A stretch of 64,000 nt of DNA from an uncultured Gemmatimonadales bacterium (GCA_963716255.1 OY970303.1:2912001-2976000), one strand, 5' to 3'. Counted from the stretch's first letter, positions 37,931 to 48,099 are shown. Translations and numbers: made by a program. Notes: generated from the letters alone by a model not told the origin.

Positions 37931-38524
37931 CTAGCCGTGGATCTTCTCGCCGCGCTCCAGCATCTCGATGAAGCCGGCGATCCGCTTCGCGCGGGTCTCC
38001 GGCTTCCTGGCCGTCTGCACGCGGAAGAGGATGGCGTAGCGGTTGGCGCCGCTCAGCGTGGCGAAGAATTCCGCCGCCCGCGGGCTCGCGTCCAGCGCGG
38101 CCTGCAGGTCGTCCGGGACCGTCGCCCTGCTCTGCGAGTCGTACGCGGCGTCCCAGCGGCCGTCCGCCTTCGCGGCCTCCACCGCTTCCAGGCCGCCGGG
38201 CTTCATCCGGCCGGCCGCCACCAGCGCCTCCACCTTGTCGCGGTTGATCCTGGACCAGATACTCCGGGGGCCGCGCGGGCTCCACTTCTGGATCCACGAG
38301 GCCTCGTCGTAGCTCTTCTTCTGGCTGTCGATCCACCCGTAGCACAGCGCCACGTCCAGCGCCTCGGCATAGGACGGCGAGCGGAGGCCGGAGTCCTTCT
38401 TGGCGTGCCGGAGCCACACGCCCGGGGAATCGGGGTGGTGCCGGTCCAGCCACTCGGCCCAGGCGGCCTGGTCCTCGACGTGAAGGACGGCCAGCTCGGG
38501 CGCCGGGGGCTTCGGGGGTGTCAT
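37931..38524 (-). CDS. YdeI/OmpD-associated family protein
   Basis: ALCYGWIDS, SIWS.IN, VPDDLQAAL, ARKPETRAKRI. Confidence 0.92.
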   Translation of the reverse strand: MTPPKPPAPELAVLHVEDQAAWAEWLDRHHPDSPGVWLRHAKKDSGLRSPSYAEALDVALCYGWIDSQKKSYDEASWIQKWSPRGPRSIWSRINRDKVEALVAAGRMKPGGLEAVEAAKADGRWDAAYDSQSRATVPDDLQAALDASPRAAEFFATLSGANRYAILFRVQTARKPETRAKRIAGFIEMLERGEKIHG

Positions 38525-38636
38525 CGGGATCGGGGATCGGGGTCGATGTCGGGAGGATGGCGGCGCCCGGAGCGTCGCGCCTCAAATGTCTTCGCGGAAG
38601 ATCTGTACGCGGACCGGCGCGCACCCGAGACGGAGA

Positions 38637-39818
38637 TCATCCCCCGGCGCCGGGGTGGGGAATGAGCCCCTGCACCACCTCGTGGGGATCCCGGCCCCAG
38701 CAGCGCAGCTCGCCCGCCACGGTCACGCCGCACTCGCCCCAGTCGCCTCCGGCCACGGAGCGCCAGCGGTGCTCCGGGCGCCACGGGCGCGGCACGCGAT
38801 CGCCCGCCCACGCGTACGCCCGGCCGTCGGCGGTGAGCCCCAGCATGCGCGCTTCGCGCGGCATGCGCCGGATGGAGCGGAAGCGGAGCCCGCCGGAAAC
38901 GGCGGCCGGGCGCGGGTTGCACCACGTCTGCGTGCCCCAACGCGGGCAGCGCTCGAAGCCCGGCCGCTGCGCGGTGTCGCGCGTGGCGTCGTCGTAGCCG
39001 GCGGCGCCCCAGCAGTGCGCGGCGCCGTCCGCGGTGAGCCCGCACGCCCAGTGGCCGACCACCGCGATCTCGCGGAACCGCTCCCTGCCGGCGACGGGGG
39101 CCGGGGCGGCGGCGGTGTCGCGGCTCCCGGTCCCCAGCACGCCGAAGGTGGCGTCGCCGCGGCAGAAGACGCGCCCGTCGCGCGCCGCGGCGCAGAAGGT
39201 GGGCTCCACCGGCACGTCGTCGTCGCCGTCCACACTCGCCACGGCCAGCCGCGCCCACGGCTCGGGCTGGGGCGCGGGACGGCCCCAGCGGCGGTCCCAG
39301 CAGAGGAGCGCGCCGACCACGTCCACGGCGCAGCGCCGGGCGGCGTTCACGGCGGCGAAGCGGCGGCCGGGCGCCGGCGGCACCGGGGCGAAGCTGCACG
39401 GCTCGGTGTGCAGGCAGCGGTCCTTGTACGCGGCCGTGTCGCCCAGCGGCCGTCCCCAGCACAGCAGCGTCCCCGCCGGCTCGATGCCGCAGGTCAGGTA
39501 GCGGCCGGCGCTCAGCGTGGCGAACCGGTGGCCGCCGAGCACCGGGAGCGGGAGCGTGTCGCTGGCCGTGGGATAGCAGCTGCGGTGGCCGCTCTCGCCC
39601 ACGATGCCGCAGTGCACCGGGGTGCGGGCGCCCAGGTGGCCGGCGTGGTTGTTCCCCCAGCAGAACGCCTGCCCGGCGGTGTCCAGCGCGCAGGCGTGGT
39701 CGTCGCCCACGGTGACGGAGGCCCAGCGGGGCGCGGGCTGCGTGGCGGGTGCCGGAGCGGCGGCGAGCGCCGGGAGCAGGAGGAGCGCGGCCAGGGCGGC
39801 GCGGAGTCCGAGGCTCAT
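38637..39818 (-). CDS. Secreted RCC1/BLIP-II repeat beta-propeller protein
   Basis: Repeated (H/T)AC(A/G)L…G…CWG units; signal peptide. Confidence 0.85.
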   Translation of the reverse strand: MSLGLRAALAALLLLPALAAAPAPATQPAPRWASVTVGDDHACALDTAGQAFCWGNNHAGHLGARTPVHCGIVGESGHRSCYPTASDTLPLPVLGGHRFATLSAGRYLTCGIEPAGTLLCWGRPLGDTAAYKDRCLHTEPCSFAPVPPAPGRRFAAVNAARRCAVDVVGALLCWDRRWGRPAPQPEPWARLAVASVDGDDDVPVEPTFCAAARDGRVFCRGDATFGVLGTGSRDTAAAPAPVAGRERFREIAVVGHWACGLTADGAAHCWGAAGYDDATRDTAQRPGFERCPRWGTQTWCNPRPAAVSGGLRFRSIRRMPREARMLGLTADGRAYAWAGDRVPRPWRPEHRWRSVAGGDWGECGVTVAGELRCWGRDPHEVVQGLIPHPGAGG

Positions 39819-40267
39819 GCGGGGAGCCGGGGCGCGGGGGCGGCCTCCTCGATCTCCGGCGCGAGCGCGGAAAGCACGTCGATCACGTCATCCTCCGTGG
39901 CGATGCGGAAGTGAACGAGCCCGGGATGGTGGACGTCGAGCAGCGGCTCGGCCTCGCGGAGCCGGGCGAGCCACGGCGAACCGGGGACGCGCGCGGTCCA
40001 GCCGACCCGGTCCGCGCCCGCTCCCCCGGTCCAGAGCCCCAGCCGGAGCTCCTCCCGCACGTTCCGGTAGGCCGGCACGCTCGCGAACGTGAGGGTCCAG
40101 CGGCGCCGGGCGGGGTCGCCCGCGTCCTCCAGCGTGAGGCGGAGCGCGCCGTCGTCCACCAGCGTCACCAGGCGCAGGCTGCGCGCGTCGGAGACGGGCG
40201 TCTCCCAGCGTTCCGCCATCCAGGTGGACCCGTGTGTCACGGAAGGATGGCGTCCCTCGTCGGGCAT
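39815..40267 (-). CDS. Hypothetical protein
   Basis: AGGAG RBS; stop overlaps the RCC1 start; globular (HFRIATEDDVIDVLS). Confidence 0.65.
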   Translation of the reverse strand: MPDEGRHPSVTHGSTWMAERWETPVSDARSLRLVTLVDDGALRLTLEDAGDPARRRWTLTFASVPAYRNVREELRLGLWTGGAGADRVGWTARVPGSPWLARLREAEPLLDVHHPGLVHFRIATEDDVIDVLSALAPEIEEAAPAPRLPA

Positions 40268-40323
40268 GGTCGGATGTCTCCTGGTGGCTGGAATGGAGCC
40301 GGCGCCGGCCGCCGGGCGTGCCC

Positions 40324-41586
40324 CTACCGCACCCCCGCCATGCTCAGCGCCAGCAGCAGCACCATCCGGGTCCCCTTGAGCGCGCTGGGCACGTCCGACC
40401 ACTCCGAGAGCGTGTGCTGGTCCCCGCCGTTGGAGCGCCCCACGGAAATCGCCGGGATCCCCCGCTCCACCGCCGCGTTGGCGTCCGTGGAGCCGGAGGG
40501 CACCGCCTCCGTGTCGATGCCCAGGAAGCGGTGCACGTCCAGCGCCGTCTGCACCAGCGGGTGCGCGCGGCGGCCGCGGAGCATCACCTCGGTGCCGCCG
40601 GCGCCGTTGCGGGTCACCACCTCCCTTTCCCAGCGCACCCGGTTGGCCTCCGCCGCTCGCTGCACGCGCGAGGTGATCTCGGCGTCCAGCGAGTCCAGCA
40701 GCAAGGGGTCCACCGAGCGCAGGTCCATGGTGAAGGACACCTCCTCGGGGATGGCGTTGAAGATCTTGCCGCCCTGCACCATCCCCACGTTGAACACGGT
40801 GTGCCCGCCCCCCTCCGGGAGGCGCAGCTCGTAGATGGAGCGCACCGCGTCCGCCAGGGCGCGCACCGGGTGCGGCTTGCCGGCGGAGGTGTTGGTGTGC
40901 GAGCCCTCGCCGCGGAAGGTGTAGCGCGTCCAGTAGATCCCCAGCGCGCCGTACATCACCGGCCCCAGCCCGCCGTCCACCGCCACCACCACGTCGGCGG
41001 CGCGCGGGTTGTGGTCCAGCCAGTAGGCCATGCCCACCAGCCCCAGCTCCTCCTGCGCGGTGCCGATGAAGAGCAGGTCGCCGCGGGTGCGCACCCTGGC
41101 CTGGTCCAGGGCGCGCGCCACCGCCAGCAGGTTGGCGACCGAGGCCGAGTTGTCGAAGACGCCGGGGGCGCGCAGCACGTCGCCGTCGCGGCGCACCTCG
41201 ACGTCGGTGTCCAGGGGGTGAACGGTGTCCAGGTGCGCCGCCAGCGCCACCGTGGGCCCGCCGCCAGTGCCCCGACGACGACCCACCACGTTGCCGATGG
41301 AGTCCACGGTCACCTCCAGCCCCGCGCGCTCCATCTGCTCGCGGACGTAGGCCGCGCGCGCCTGCTCGTGGCGCGAGGTGCCGGGGATCTCGGTGATGCG
41401 GATCCACTCCTCCACCTGGCGGGGGAAGTTGCCCTCGATCCAGGCGAGCGCGTCGCGCACGGCGGGGCGCGCGGCCAGCCGCGGGGAGAAATTGCTGGGA
41501 TACGCCGGCTGCTGCGCGGCCGCGGGAGCGGCCAGGGCGAGCAGGGCGAGGGCGGCGCCCAGGGCGCGGCGGGCGTTCGCGTGCAT
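40324..41586 (-). CDS. M20/M25/M40-family metallo-hydrolase (secreted)
   Basis: AHLDTV, GVFDN, EELG, G.GSH, STDAN, HT..E. Confidence 0.92.
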   Translation of the reverse strand: MHANARRALGAALALLALAAPAAAQQPAYPSNFSPRLAARPAVRDALAWIEGNFPRQVEEWIRITEIPGTSRHEQARAAYVREQMERAGLEVTVDSIGNVVGRRRGTGGGPTVALAAHLDTVHPLDTDVEVRRDGDVLRAPGVFDNSASVANLLAVARALDQARVRTRGDLLFIGTAQEELGLVGMAYWLDHNPRAADVVVAVDGGLGPVMYGALGIYWTRYTFRGEGSHTNTSAGKPHPVRALADAVRSIYELRLPEGGGHTVFNVGMVQGGKIFNAIPEEVSFTMDLRSVDPLLLDSLDAEITSRVQRAAEANRVRWEREVVTRNGAGGTEVMLRGRRAHPLVQTALDVHRFLGIDTEAVPSGSTDANAAVERGIPAISVGRSNGGDQHTLSEWSDVPSALKGTRMVLLLALSMAGVR

Positions 41587-41750
41587 GGCTGCGCAGGGGA
41601 TGCGGGACGGGAACGGGAATCGCCGGGGAAGGTGCGCGGGAGCGGTGCGGGGCCGCAAGTGCTCCTTGCCGGGGCGGGGCGCGCGCGTTCTCTTCGGGGC
41701 ATGCGGCGCGCGGAGTCCGCGCGCCCTCAACCCCGGCCAGGGAGAGCCCC

Positions 41751-42146
41751 GTGAGCATCACCCACATCGGCGCGGCGACCGTCTGGGTCAACGACATGGA
41801 CGCCGCCACCGACTACTACACGCGCGTCCTCGGGCTGGAGCTGGACAGGGTGATCGGCGAGGCGCCGCACCCGCGCATGGCCTGGCTGCGCTTCCCGGAC
41901 GGCCGCGCCATCGTCATCCTGTCCGAGGCGCGCGCCATGAAGATGGAGGCGCGCGTGGGCGGCTTCACCGGCCTGGTGCTGGACGTGGACGACGCCGAGC
42001 GCACCTGCCGCGAGCTGGAAGCGCGCGGCGCCGTCTTCGCCGCCCCGCTGAAGCAGGGCCCCGACGCCTGGCGCGCCATCGTCCGCGACCCCGACGGCAA
42101 CGACCTGCTCCTGTACCAGCCGCGCGACGAGGCGGACAGGCACTGA
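41751..42146 (+). CDS. VOC/glyoxalase family protein
   Basis: VNDMDAA.DYYT..LGL, VDD, RDPDGN. Confidence 0.9.
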   Translation: MSITHIGAATVWVNDMDAATDYYTRVLGLELDRVIGEAPHPRMAWLRFPDGRAIVILSEARAMKMEARVGGFTGLVLDVDDAERTCRELEARGAVFAAPLKQGPDAWRAIVRDPDGNDLLLYQPRDEADRH

Positions 42147-42168
42147 TATGGCTTTTAACTGCGGGTTT

Positions 42169-42301
42169 GGGCGTGTCCCCGGCTGGCGCCGGGGTCGGGC
42201 TTCGGCTCCGTAAAGCACGATACAACCGTGCTTAACGGAGTCGAGCCCCGGCGGAAACAGCCCCGCCGGGTCTCGCCCCTCCGGGCCGAAATCCCTCACG
42301 C
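42169..42301 (+). repeat. Structured repeat family A, copy 8 (stem AAGCACG)
   Basis: Same scaffold; loop variant ATACAAC. Confidence 0.92.
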
Positions 42302-42409
42302 AGCGGCCTGCCCGTGCGACGCACGGAGCACGCGACGGCGCCCGCCGCGGGAAAATGTCCCGAGGGCGGGCGCCGTTGCAGTTCGGGCCGTACCCGTATG
42401 ATCCTGTCC

Positions 42410-42533
42410 GGAGGGAGACTCGCCGGTTGTTTGGCGAGGCTCACTCAGGCGAAGGGAAACCCGCCGGCAGTTTGGCGGGGTTCCCGGAGCCCGCGCAGGA
42501 GACGGACGGCTGTATCGTCCGGCTCCGGAGCGG
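42410..42533. repeat. Structured repeat family B, copy 2
   Basis: Matches 3189-3330 and 47318-47441. Confidence 0.85.
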
Positions 42534-42552
42534 CCCGCCAGACCCGACGAAA

Positions 42553-43287
42553 TCACTCCAGCGAGAACGTGACCCTCACCACGGCGGTGATGTCCTTTTC
42601 CAGCGACGACGTGTCGTTGATGCCGTAGTCGCTCACCTCGGTGGAGTTGCGCGGGGTGATCTGGAACACGCCCATTCGCGCGCTGCGCACCGGCCCGATC
42701 CCGCTCCCGGCGCTCTCGGCGATGGCGGCGGCGCGCTCCCGGGCGTCGCGGGTGGCCTCGGCGAGCATCTGCGTGCGGATCTCCGGCAGCCGGGTGTACA
42801 GGTACTCGGGCGGCTGCGAGACCAGCGGAACCCCCTGGTTGATCAGCTCGTTGGCGCGCCGGGTGAGCGCGGTGACGCCCTCCACGTCCGGCGAGCGCAC
42901 CTCGTACGTCTGCGTGAGCCGGTACCCCGCCAGCTCGCCGGTCTCGGTGCCGTTCTCCAGCAGCCGGTTCATGCGCGCGGTCTCCAGCGGCTTCACCGTG
43001 ACCAGCGAGTCGGGGAGGCGCGAGGCGCGCAGGAAGGCGCCGACGCGGCCGGCGTCGGCGGTGACGGCGGCGTAGGCTTCCTGGAGGGTGGGCGCCTGGC
43101 TGGTGACGGACAGCCGCCACACGACGACGTCGGAGCGGATGGGGCGGCGGGCGGAGCCGGTGACCTCCAGCTGGTCGCCGGCTCGCTTGACGGCGCGCAG
43201 GGAGGAGGCGCCGAGCGCGGCGGCGACGACGACGGCGAGGGCGAGGGCGATCAGCCCCCAGAAGAGCTGGGGAAAGCGTCGGGGCAT
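42553..43287 (-). CDS. SIMPL (DUF541) domain protein
   Basis: VTGSA, AT.DARERA..IA, ARMGVFQIT, DYG..DTSS.EK. Confidence 0.9.
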   Translation of the reverse strand: MPRRFPQLFWGLIALALAVVVAAALGASSLRAVKRAGDQLEVTGSARRPIRSDVVVWRLSVTSQAPTLQEAYAAVTADAGRVGAFLRASRLPDSLVTVKPLETARMNRLLENGTETGELAGYRLTQTYEVRSPDVEGVTALTRRANELINQGVPLVSQPPEYLYTRLPEIRTQMLAEATRDARERAAAIAESAGSGIGPVRSARMGVFQITPRNSTEVSDYGINDTSSLEKDITAVVRVTFSLE

Positions 43288-43446
43288 GGACGTGCGGGGT
43301 GGGGGTGGGACCACGGGACGGGCTGAACCGGACCGAACTACTTGCACGGCAACCACTTGTACTATAAGGCGCGGCGGCGGGAACCGGACCTTCGCGGCGC
43401 CGCGCCGGGTAATGTCTACCGGCCACCCCTCACAACGTTCCCCTGG

Positions 43447-45669
43447 ATGCTCCGCTCCCGCTTCGCTCTCGTGCTCGCCGCCGCGCTCGGCCTGCTGGCC
43501 GGGTGCGCCCGGCCGCCGGAGCCGGCCCCGCCCGACGCGGGGCGGGAGCTGCGGCGCGGGCGCCTGTGGGCGGCGGCGCTGATCCGCGGGACGCGCGCCG
43601 TGGCCAGCCCGGACTCGGTGGCGCCGGAGGCGGCGCTGGCGCTGGGCTACCTGGAGCGGCTGCGGCTGGGGCTGGGGAGCCCCTTCCGCATGGCGGAGCA
43701 GGCGGCCGCGGACCCGCGCATGCCGGACACGCTGCGCGCCCGGGTGGCGTGGGCGCTGCTGGCGCGCACGCTGGACGGGCGCGGCTACGAGGTGGGCGCC
43801 GGCACGCTGGAGCCGCTGGGGATGCGGGCCGCCGGGCCGGTGCGGGGCGACGGCGGCTTTCACCTGGCGCTGGTGGCGCAGGCGGTGGACGAGGCGCGCG
43901 ACCCGCGGGCGGGGGAGCTGGGGGTGCGCATGGGGTACGCGGTGGCGGCGGCGGCGGGCGACGCGGGGCGGAGCGCCCCCGTGCTCGCGGCGCGGGCGGC
44001 GGCGCAGCTCCGCGACCGCAGGCTGGCGCGTGAGGACGCGCAAGCGCTGCTGCGCGCGGCGGACTCGGCGCGGGTGTCGCCGCTGGCGCTGCTGCCGGCG
44101 TGGCGCGCGGCGCGCCGCTTCGCGGTGGAGGCGCCGCTGGTGCTGCCGCCCGGGGCGGACCGGGAGCGCGAGGCCATGGGGACGGCGCTGGAGCTGGCGG
44201 AGCGCCTGCGCGAGGCGGCGGGGCGGCCGCCGGAGCGGAATCCCGTGCCGGAGGTGCGCCACCTGGGTCTGCTGGGGCCGGGGGCGGCGGCGCGCCTGGC
44301 GGCGGTCGCCATGGCGGGGATGCCGCCGCAGCCGCCGGTCGCGGTCACGGTGCGCGCCTTCCGCGACGTGCTGCTGGCCGGGGCGGAGGGCGCCGCGGCG
44401 GAGCCGCGGAGCCGCTTCCTGCGCCGGGCCACGGGCGAGGAGCGCTTCGTGGCGGAGCTGGCGCTGCTGCGGCGCGAGGCGGCGGGACCGGGGCCGGAGG
44501 GGGTGGCGCTGGCGGTGGGGGTGGCGCTGCGCTCGCTGGCGCAGGAGCCGGTGTGGTTCCCCGGCTACCCGGCGCCCACCGAGCGGGAGCTGCGGGTGGC
44601 CTTCGGGCTGCGCTCGGTGACCTTCGCGGACAGCGTCCCGCGGGCGTGGCACCCCTTCTACCTGCGCATGCTGGAGCTGTCGCTGCGCGACCTGGCGCGG
44701 GTGTTCCCCGCCTTCACGGTGGAGGGGCTGCGGGTGCGCTTCGGCGAGGTGGACCGCGAGGAGGCGCTGGCGACGCACGACCCCGGCCCCCGCCGGCTGA
44801 CGCTCCCCCCGGCCTCGGCGGCGGGGACGCTGGCGCACGAGCTGGCCCACGACCTGGACTGGCAGGCGGCGCGCGCCCGTTCGGGGGTGCGCGGGGCGTA
44901 CCGCACCGACCGGGCGGTGCGCTTCCGCGGCGACTACCTGGCCGCCTCGGTGCGCGCGCTGGTCGCGGGGCCGCTGGAGCGGCCCGGGCCGGGCGCCGGC
45001 GGGCGGCCGGACCCGGACCGCCGCCCCACGGAGGCGTTCGCCCGCAGCGTGGACTGGTTCGTGGCGGCGTCGCTGGCCCGGCGCGGCCTTTCCAGCGGCT
45101 ACCTGAGCGCGGTGCAGGACGCCTACATCACCGGGTACGCGGGGGCGGTGCCGCCGGACCCGGAGGGGCGCTCCGCGGCGGCGGTCGCCCGCATCCTGGC
45201 GGAGGTGGCGCCGGTCCCGGACGAGGAGCTGCGCTGGTTCGTGGAGCGGTTCGGGCCGGGGCGGCTCCCCCCGGTGGCGGAGGCGGTGCGCGACGTGCTG
45301 GCCAACCCGCGGGACGACAACGTCGCCCGGGCGCGCGACACGGCCGCGGCGTGCGCGCCGGGCGCGGTTCTGCGCCAGGACCCTCTCCGCGCCCGGGTGG
45401 TGGGGATGGCCGCGCGCGCCCGCGCCCGCGGCGAGGCGCTGGAGCAGGCGGAGCGCCTGGCGGGCCGCCCGGGACGCACCTGGATGGCGCGGCAGCTGGA
45501 CGGGATGCTCTGGTCGCCGGTGCCGGTGGACTCGGCGACGGCGGCGATGCTCGACCCGCTGCTGCGCGGCGCGGAGGAGGCCGGCGCGCTCCCGGGCCTC
45601 CCGGACCCGGGCGGGAGCCCGTTCGCCGTGGCGGCGGACCCCGGCTGCCAGGCTACCGCCGCGGCGTAG
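43447..45669 (+). CDS. Large hypothetical lipoprotein with HExxH motif
   Basis: LAGC lipobox; GTLAHELAHDLDW followed by RPTEAFAR. Confidence 0.7.
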   Translation: MLRSRFALVLAAALGLLAGCARPPEPAPPDAGRELRRGRLWAAALIRGTRAVASPDSVAPEAALALGYLERLRLGLGSPFRMAEQAAADPRMPDTLRARVAWALLARTLDGRGYEVGAGTLEPLGMRAAGPVRGDGGFHLALVAQAVDEARDPRAGELGVRMGYAVAAAAGDAGRSAPVLAARAAAQLRDRRLAREDAQALLRAADSARVSPLALLPAWRAARRFAVEAPLVLPPGADREREAMGTALELAERLREAAGRPPERNPVPEVRHLGLLGPGAAARLAAVAMAGMPPQPPVAVTVRAFRDVLLAGAEGAAAEPRSRFLRRATGEERFVAELALLRREAAGPGPEGVALAVGVALRSLAQEPVWFPGYPAPTERELRVAFGLRSVTFADSVPRAWHPFYLRMLELSLRDLARVFPAFTVEGLRVRFGEVDREEALATHDPGPRRLTLPPASAAGTLAHELAHDLDWQAARARSGVRGAYRTDRAVRFRGDYLAASVRALVAGPLERPGPGAGGRPDPDRRPTEAFARSVDWFVAASLARRGLSSGYLSAVQDAYITGYAGAVPPDPEGRSAAAVARILAEVAPVPDEELRWFVERFGPGRLPPVAEAVRDVLANPRDDNVARARDTAAACAPGAVLRQDPLRARVVGMAARARARGEALEQAERLAGRPGRTWMARQLDGMLWSPVPVDSATAAMLDPLLRGAEEAGALPGLPDPGGSPFAVAADPGCQATAAA

Positions 45670-45689
45670 GCGGGAGCAGTCGAGCCGAA

Positions 45690-45733
45690 AGCGAAGCGCC
45701 CCCGCCGGGAGGTCCCGGCGGGGGCGCTTCGCT
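45690..45733. terminator. Hairpin between convergent genes
   Basis: AGCGAAGCGCCCCCGCCGGGA-GG-TCCCGGCGGGGGCGCTTCGCT. Confidence 0.7.
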
Positions 45734-45754
45734 TCGTCGTGGGGCCGGGGCGGG

Positions 45755-47134
45755 CTACTTGAGCCCGGAGGGGAGGCGCGGCGAGGAGAGCAGCTCGCCG
45801 AACACGTCCCAGCGGCGGGCGGGGTCCGCGCCGGCGTGCCCTTCCACGTACCGGCGCACCAGGTCCTTGCCCAGGTTGTAGTTGATGACGTAGCTGCGGT
45901 ACTTGTCGAAGAACCTCACCCGCTGCTGCGCGCGGGCGGGCTCCATCAGCGCGTAGCGGGTCAGCCAGTCGGCGGCGGCAGCGGCGTCGATCTCGCCGTC
46001 CAGGTAGCGGCGCGCGGCCTCGTTGCCGGCGTAGGCCAGCCGGTCGGCGAGCCCCTGCACGCGGTAGTACTCCGCGGCGCGGGCGGGGTCCAGCCCGGCG
46101 AGCGGGAAAAGGCGCTCCCGCTCGAAGGCGACGCGCTCGCCGCCGGGAAAGGCCATGGCGATGCCGTAGTTGGCGCTTCCCTCGGCGATCAGCGACTGGG
46201 GGCTGAAGAGCGGGTACACGGAAAACTCCACCCAGCCGCGGTCGCGCACCAGGTTCTTTTCCAGCAGCGCGTTGTAGACGTGGTGCCCGGGGTATCCCTC
46301 GTGGCAGGCCAGGTCCACGGCGCGGTCGATGAAGATGGGAAGGTCGGTGTTGACCTGGATGACGCTGCGGAAGCCACCCTTGTACCAGTTGTAGCCGCTC
46401 CACGGCTTGTCGGTGACGTACTCCACGGTGAAGCTCTCGCCGGGGGGGAGCTCCAGGTGGCGCACGGTGCGCTCGCGGCACGCGGCGATGGCGGCCTTGA
46501 AGACGGTGTCCAGCCGCTCGCGGGGGATGACGAAGCGGCTGCGCCACGCTTCGTAGCGCGCGGGCACCGGCCCGGTGCCGGGGAGCGCGCTGTCCAGCTG
46601 CGCCAGCAGCCCGCGGTAGTACGCCTCGGTCTCGTGCGGCGCCGCGGCGTCGTACAGCACGTCCGACTCCTCGTCGAAGCGGAAGCGCTTTCCCCCCAGC
46701 ATGTCCACGCGCCCCTCCATGGCACGCAGCTGCCGGTCCAGGTACTCGCGCCGCAGCCGCTGCATGGGCTCCAGCCCCGCCGCGGGGACCGCCGCCACCC
46801 GCGCCCGCAGCGCCGCCGCCTCCGCGCGGATCGCCGGGAGCGGCACGCGCGCGGAATCCGCCGGGCGCCACTCGGGCGGCCCGTAGTACGCGTCCACGTA
46901 ATCGGGGTCGTGCGCCCCCAGCGCGAGCGCCAGCCTGACGTACGACTCCGCCACTGCGTCCATGGGCGTGCGGCCGGTGGAGGTGGAGGTGGAGGTGGAG
47001 GTGGATGCGGCCGCCGGAGCGGACGCCGCGCCGGAAGCGGCCGGCGCGGCGGCGCAGCCGGGCGCGGCCGCCAGGCCGCACGCCGCGGCGATGCCTGCGA
47101 GCGCGCGGCGCGCGCGAACGGTGGTCAGGAGCAT
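45755..47134 (-). CDS. Lipoprotein with DUF885-like HEGYPGHH metallopeptidase motif
   Basis: ACHEGYPGHH…AEG.A; YVINYNLG; (ST)n linker encoded by (GGTGGA)5. Confidence 0.82.
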   Translation of the reverse strand: MLLTTVRARRALAGIAAACGLAAAPGCAAAPAASGAASAPAAASTSTSTSTSTGRTPMDAVAESYVRLALALGAHDPDYVDAYYGPPEWRPADSARVPLPAIRAEAAALRARVAAVPAAGLEPMQRLRREYLDRQLRAMEGRVDMLGGKRFRFDEESDVLYDAAAPHETEAYYRGLLAQLDSALPGTGPVPARYEAWRSRFVIPRERLDTVFKAAIAACRERTVRHLELPPGESFTVEYVTDKPWSGYNWYKGGFRSVIQVNTDLPIFIDRAVDLACHEGYPGHHVYNALLEKNLVRDRGWVEFSVYPLFSPQSLIAEGSANYGIAMAFPGGERVAFERERLFPLAGLDPARAAEYYRVQGLADRLAYAGNEAARRYLDGEIDAAAAADWLTRYALMEPARAQQRVRFFDKYRSYVINYNLGKDLVRRYVEGHAGADPARRWDVFGELLSSPRLPSGLK

Positions 47135-47317
47135 GCAGGACGCGGAGGTTGGGGAGAAAGTGCGCAGCGGGAGACCTTTCGGGGAAGATGGGCGCACGCC
47201 GGCGGCGGCGCCAGACGGCCCGGCCCCCGCCCGGCGGCCCGAGAGCCGCCACCCTCCCCGATTCCGGGGGAGGGCTTTCCGTCCGGCAGTTCCCGCAGTA
47301 CCCCCCACAATCTGTTC

Positions 47318-47441
47318 GGAGGGAGACAGCCGGGCCGTTTCGGCTGGCTCACTCCGGCGGAGGGAAACCCGCCGGCCGTTTGGCGGGGTTCCCGGAGCCC
47401 GCGCAGGAGACGGACGGCAGTATCGTCCGGCTCCGGAGCGG
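47318..47441. repeat. Structured repeat family B, copy 3
   Basis: Same scaffold with covarying first stem (AGCCG/CGGCT). Confidence 0.85.
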
Positions 47442-47467
47442 CCCCGCCGACGCCAGCCCGCAAAACG

Positions 47468-47941
47468 CTAGCTGTGACTGAGCGAATACACGTACGCCGC
47501 CACCGCCCGCACCTGCGCGTCGTCGATCGCGGACCCGCCCTTGGGAGGCATGGGCGCCGGGTGCTCCTTGGGCTGCGGCACGCCGGTGTTCACCAGCCCC
47601 ACGATGGCGTCGTAGCTGCCGTCGATGTTCAGCCACGTTCCGTCGGTGAGGTTGGGTGCCAGCGCGGTGCCCTTCGCGTCGGGCCCGTGGCACGTCTGGC
47701 AGATCCCCTGGCCGGTGAAGATCTGCTTCCCCTCGCTCACCATCTGCGGGGTGACGCCCGGCGGGAGGTTGGCGGCCACGGCGGGGGTCTCGCCGGCCGG
47801 CGGCGTGGCCGCCGGGGCGGACGCGGCGCCGCCGGAGGGCGGGTCGCCCGACCCGGCCTGCGGGTCGTCGCCGCCCCCGCAGGCGGCGGTGAGCGCGAGC
47901 GCCGCGAGGCCGAGCGCGGCGGGGATGAGCTTGCGGTGCAT
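47468..47941 (-). CDS. Monoheme cytochrome c lipoprotein
   Basis: LTAC lipobox; CQTCH; APNLTD..W; PMPPKGG distal Met. Confidence 0.92.
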   Translation of the reverse strand: MHRKLIPAALGLAALALTAACGGGDDPQAGSGDPPSGGAASAPAATPPAGETPAVAANLPPGVTPQMVSEGKQIFTGQGICQTCHGPDAKGTALAPNLTDGTWLNIDGSYDAIVGLVNTGVPQPKEHPAPMPPKGGSAIDDAQVRAVAAYVYSLSHS

Positions 47942-48099
47942 GGGCGGCTCCGGTGCAGGGTTGCATGGACGCTGCGTGGCGCCGCAGCGGGCCGCGAGGA
48001 GCGTGCCAGTGCGCGGCCGGGCGGATCCCGCGGCCGCCGCACGGTTCGTGCAGCAGGCCGCCGGCTCGCGACACCCCCGACCCGTGCAGATGGACGACC

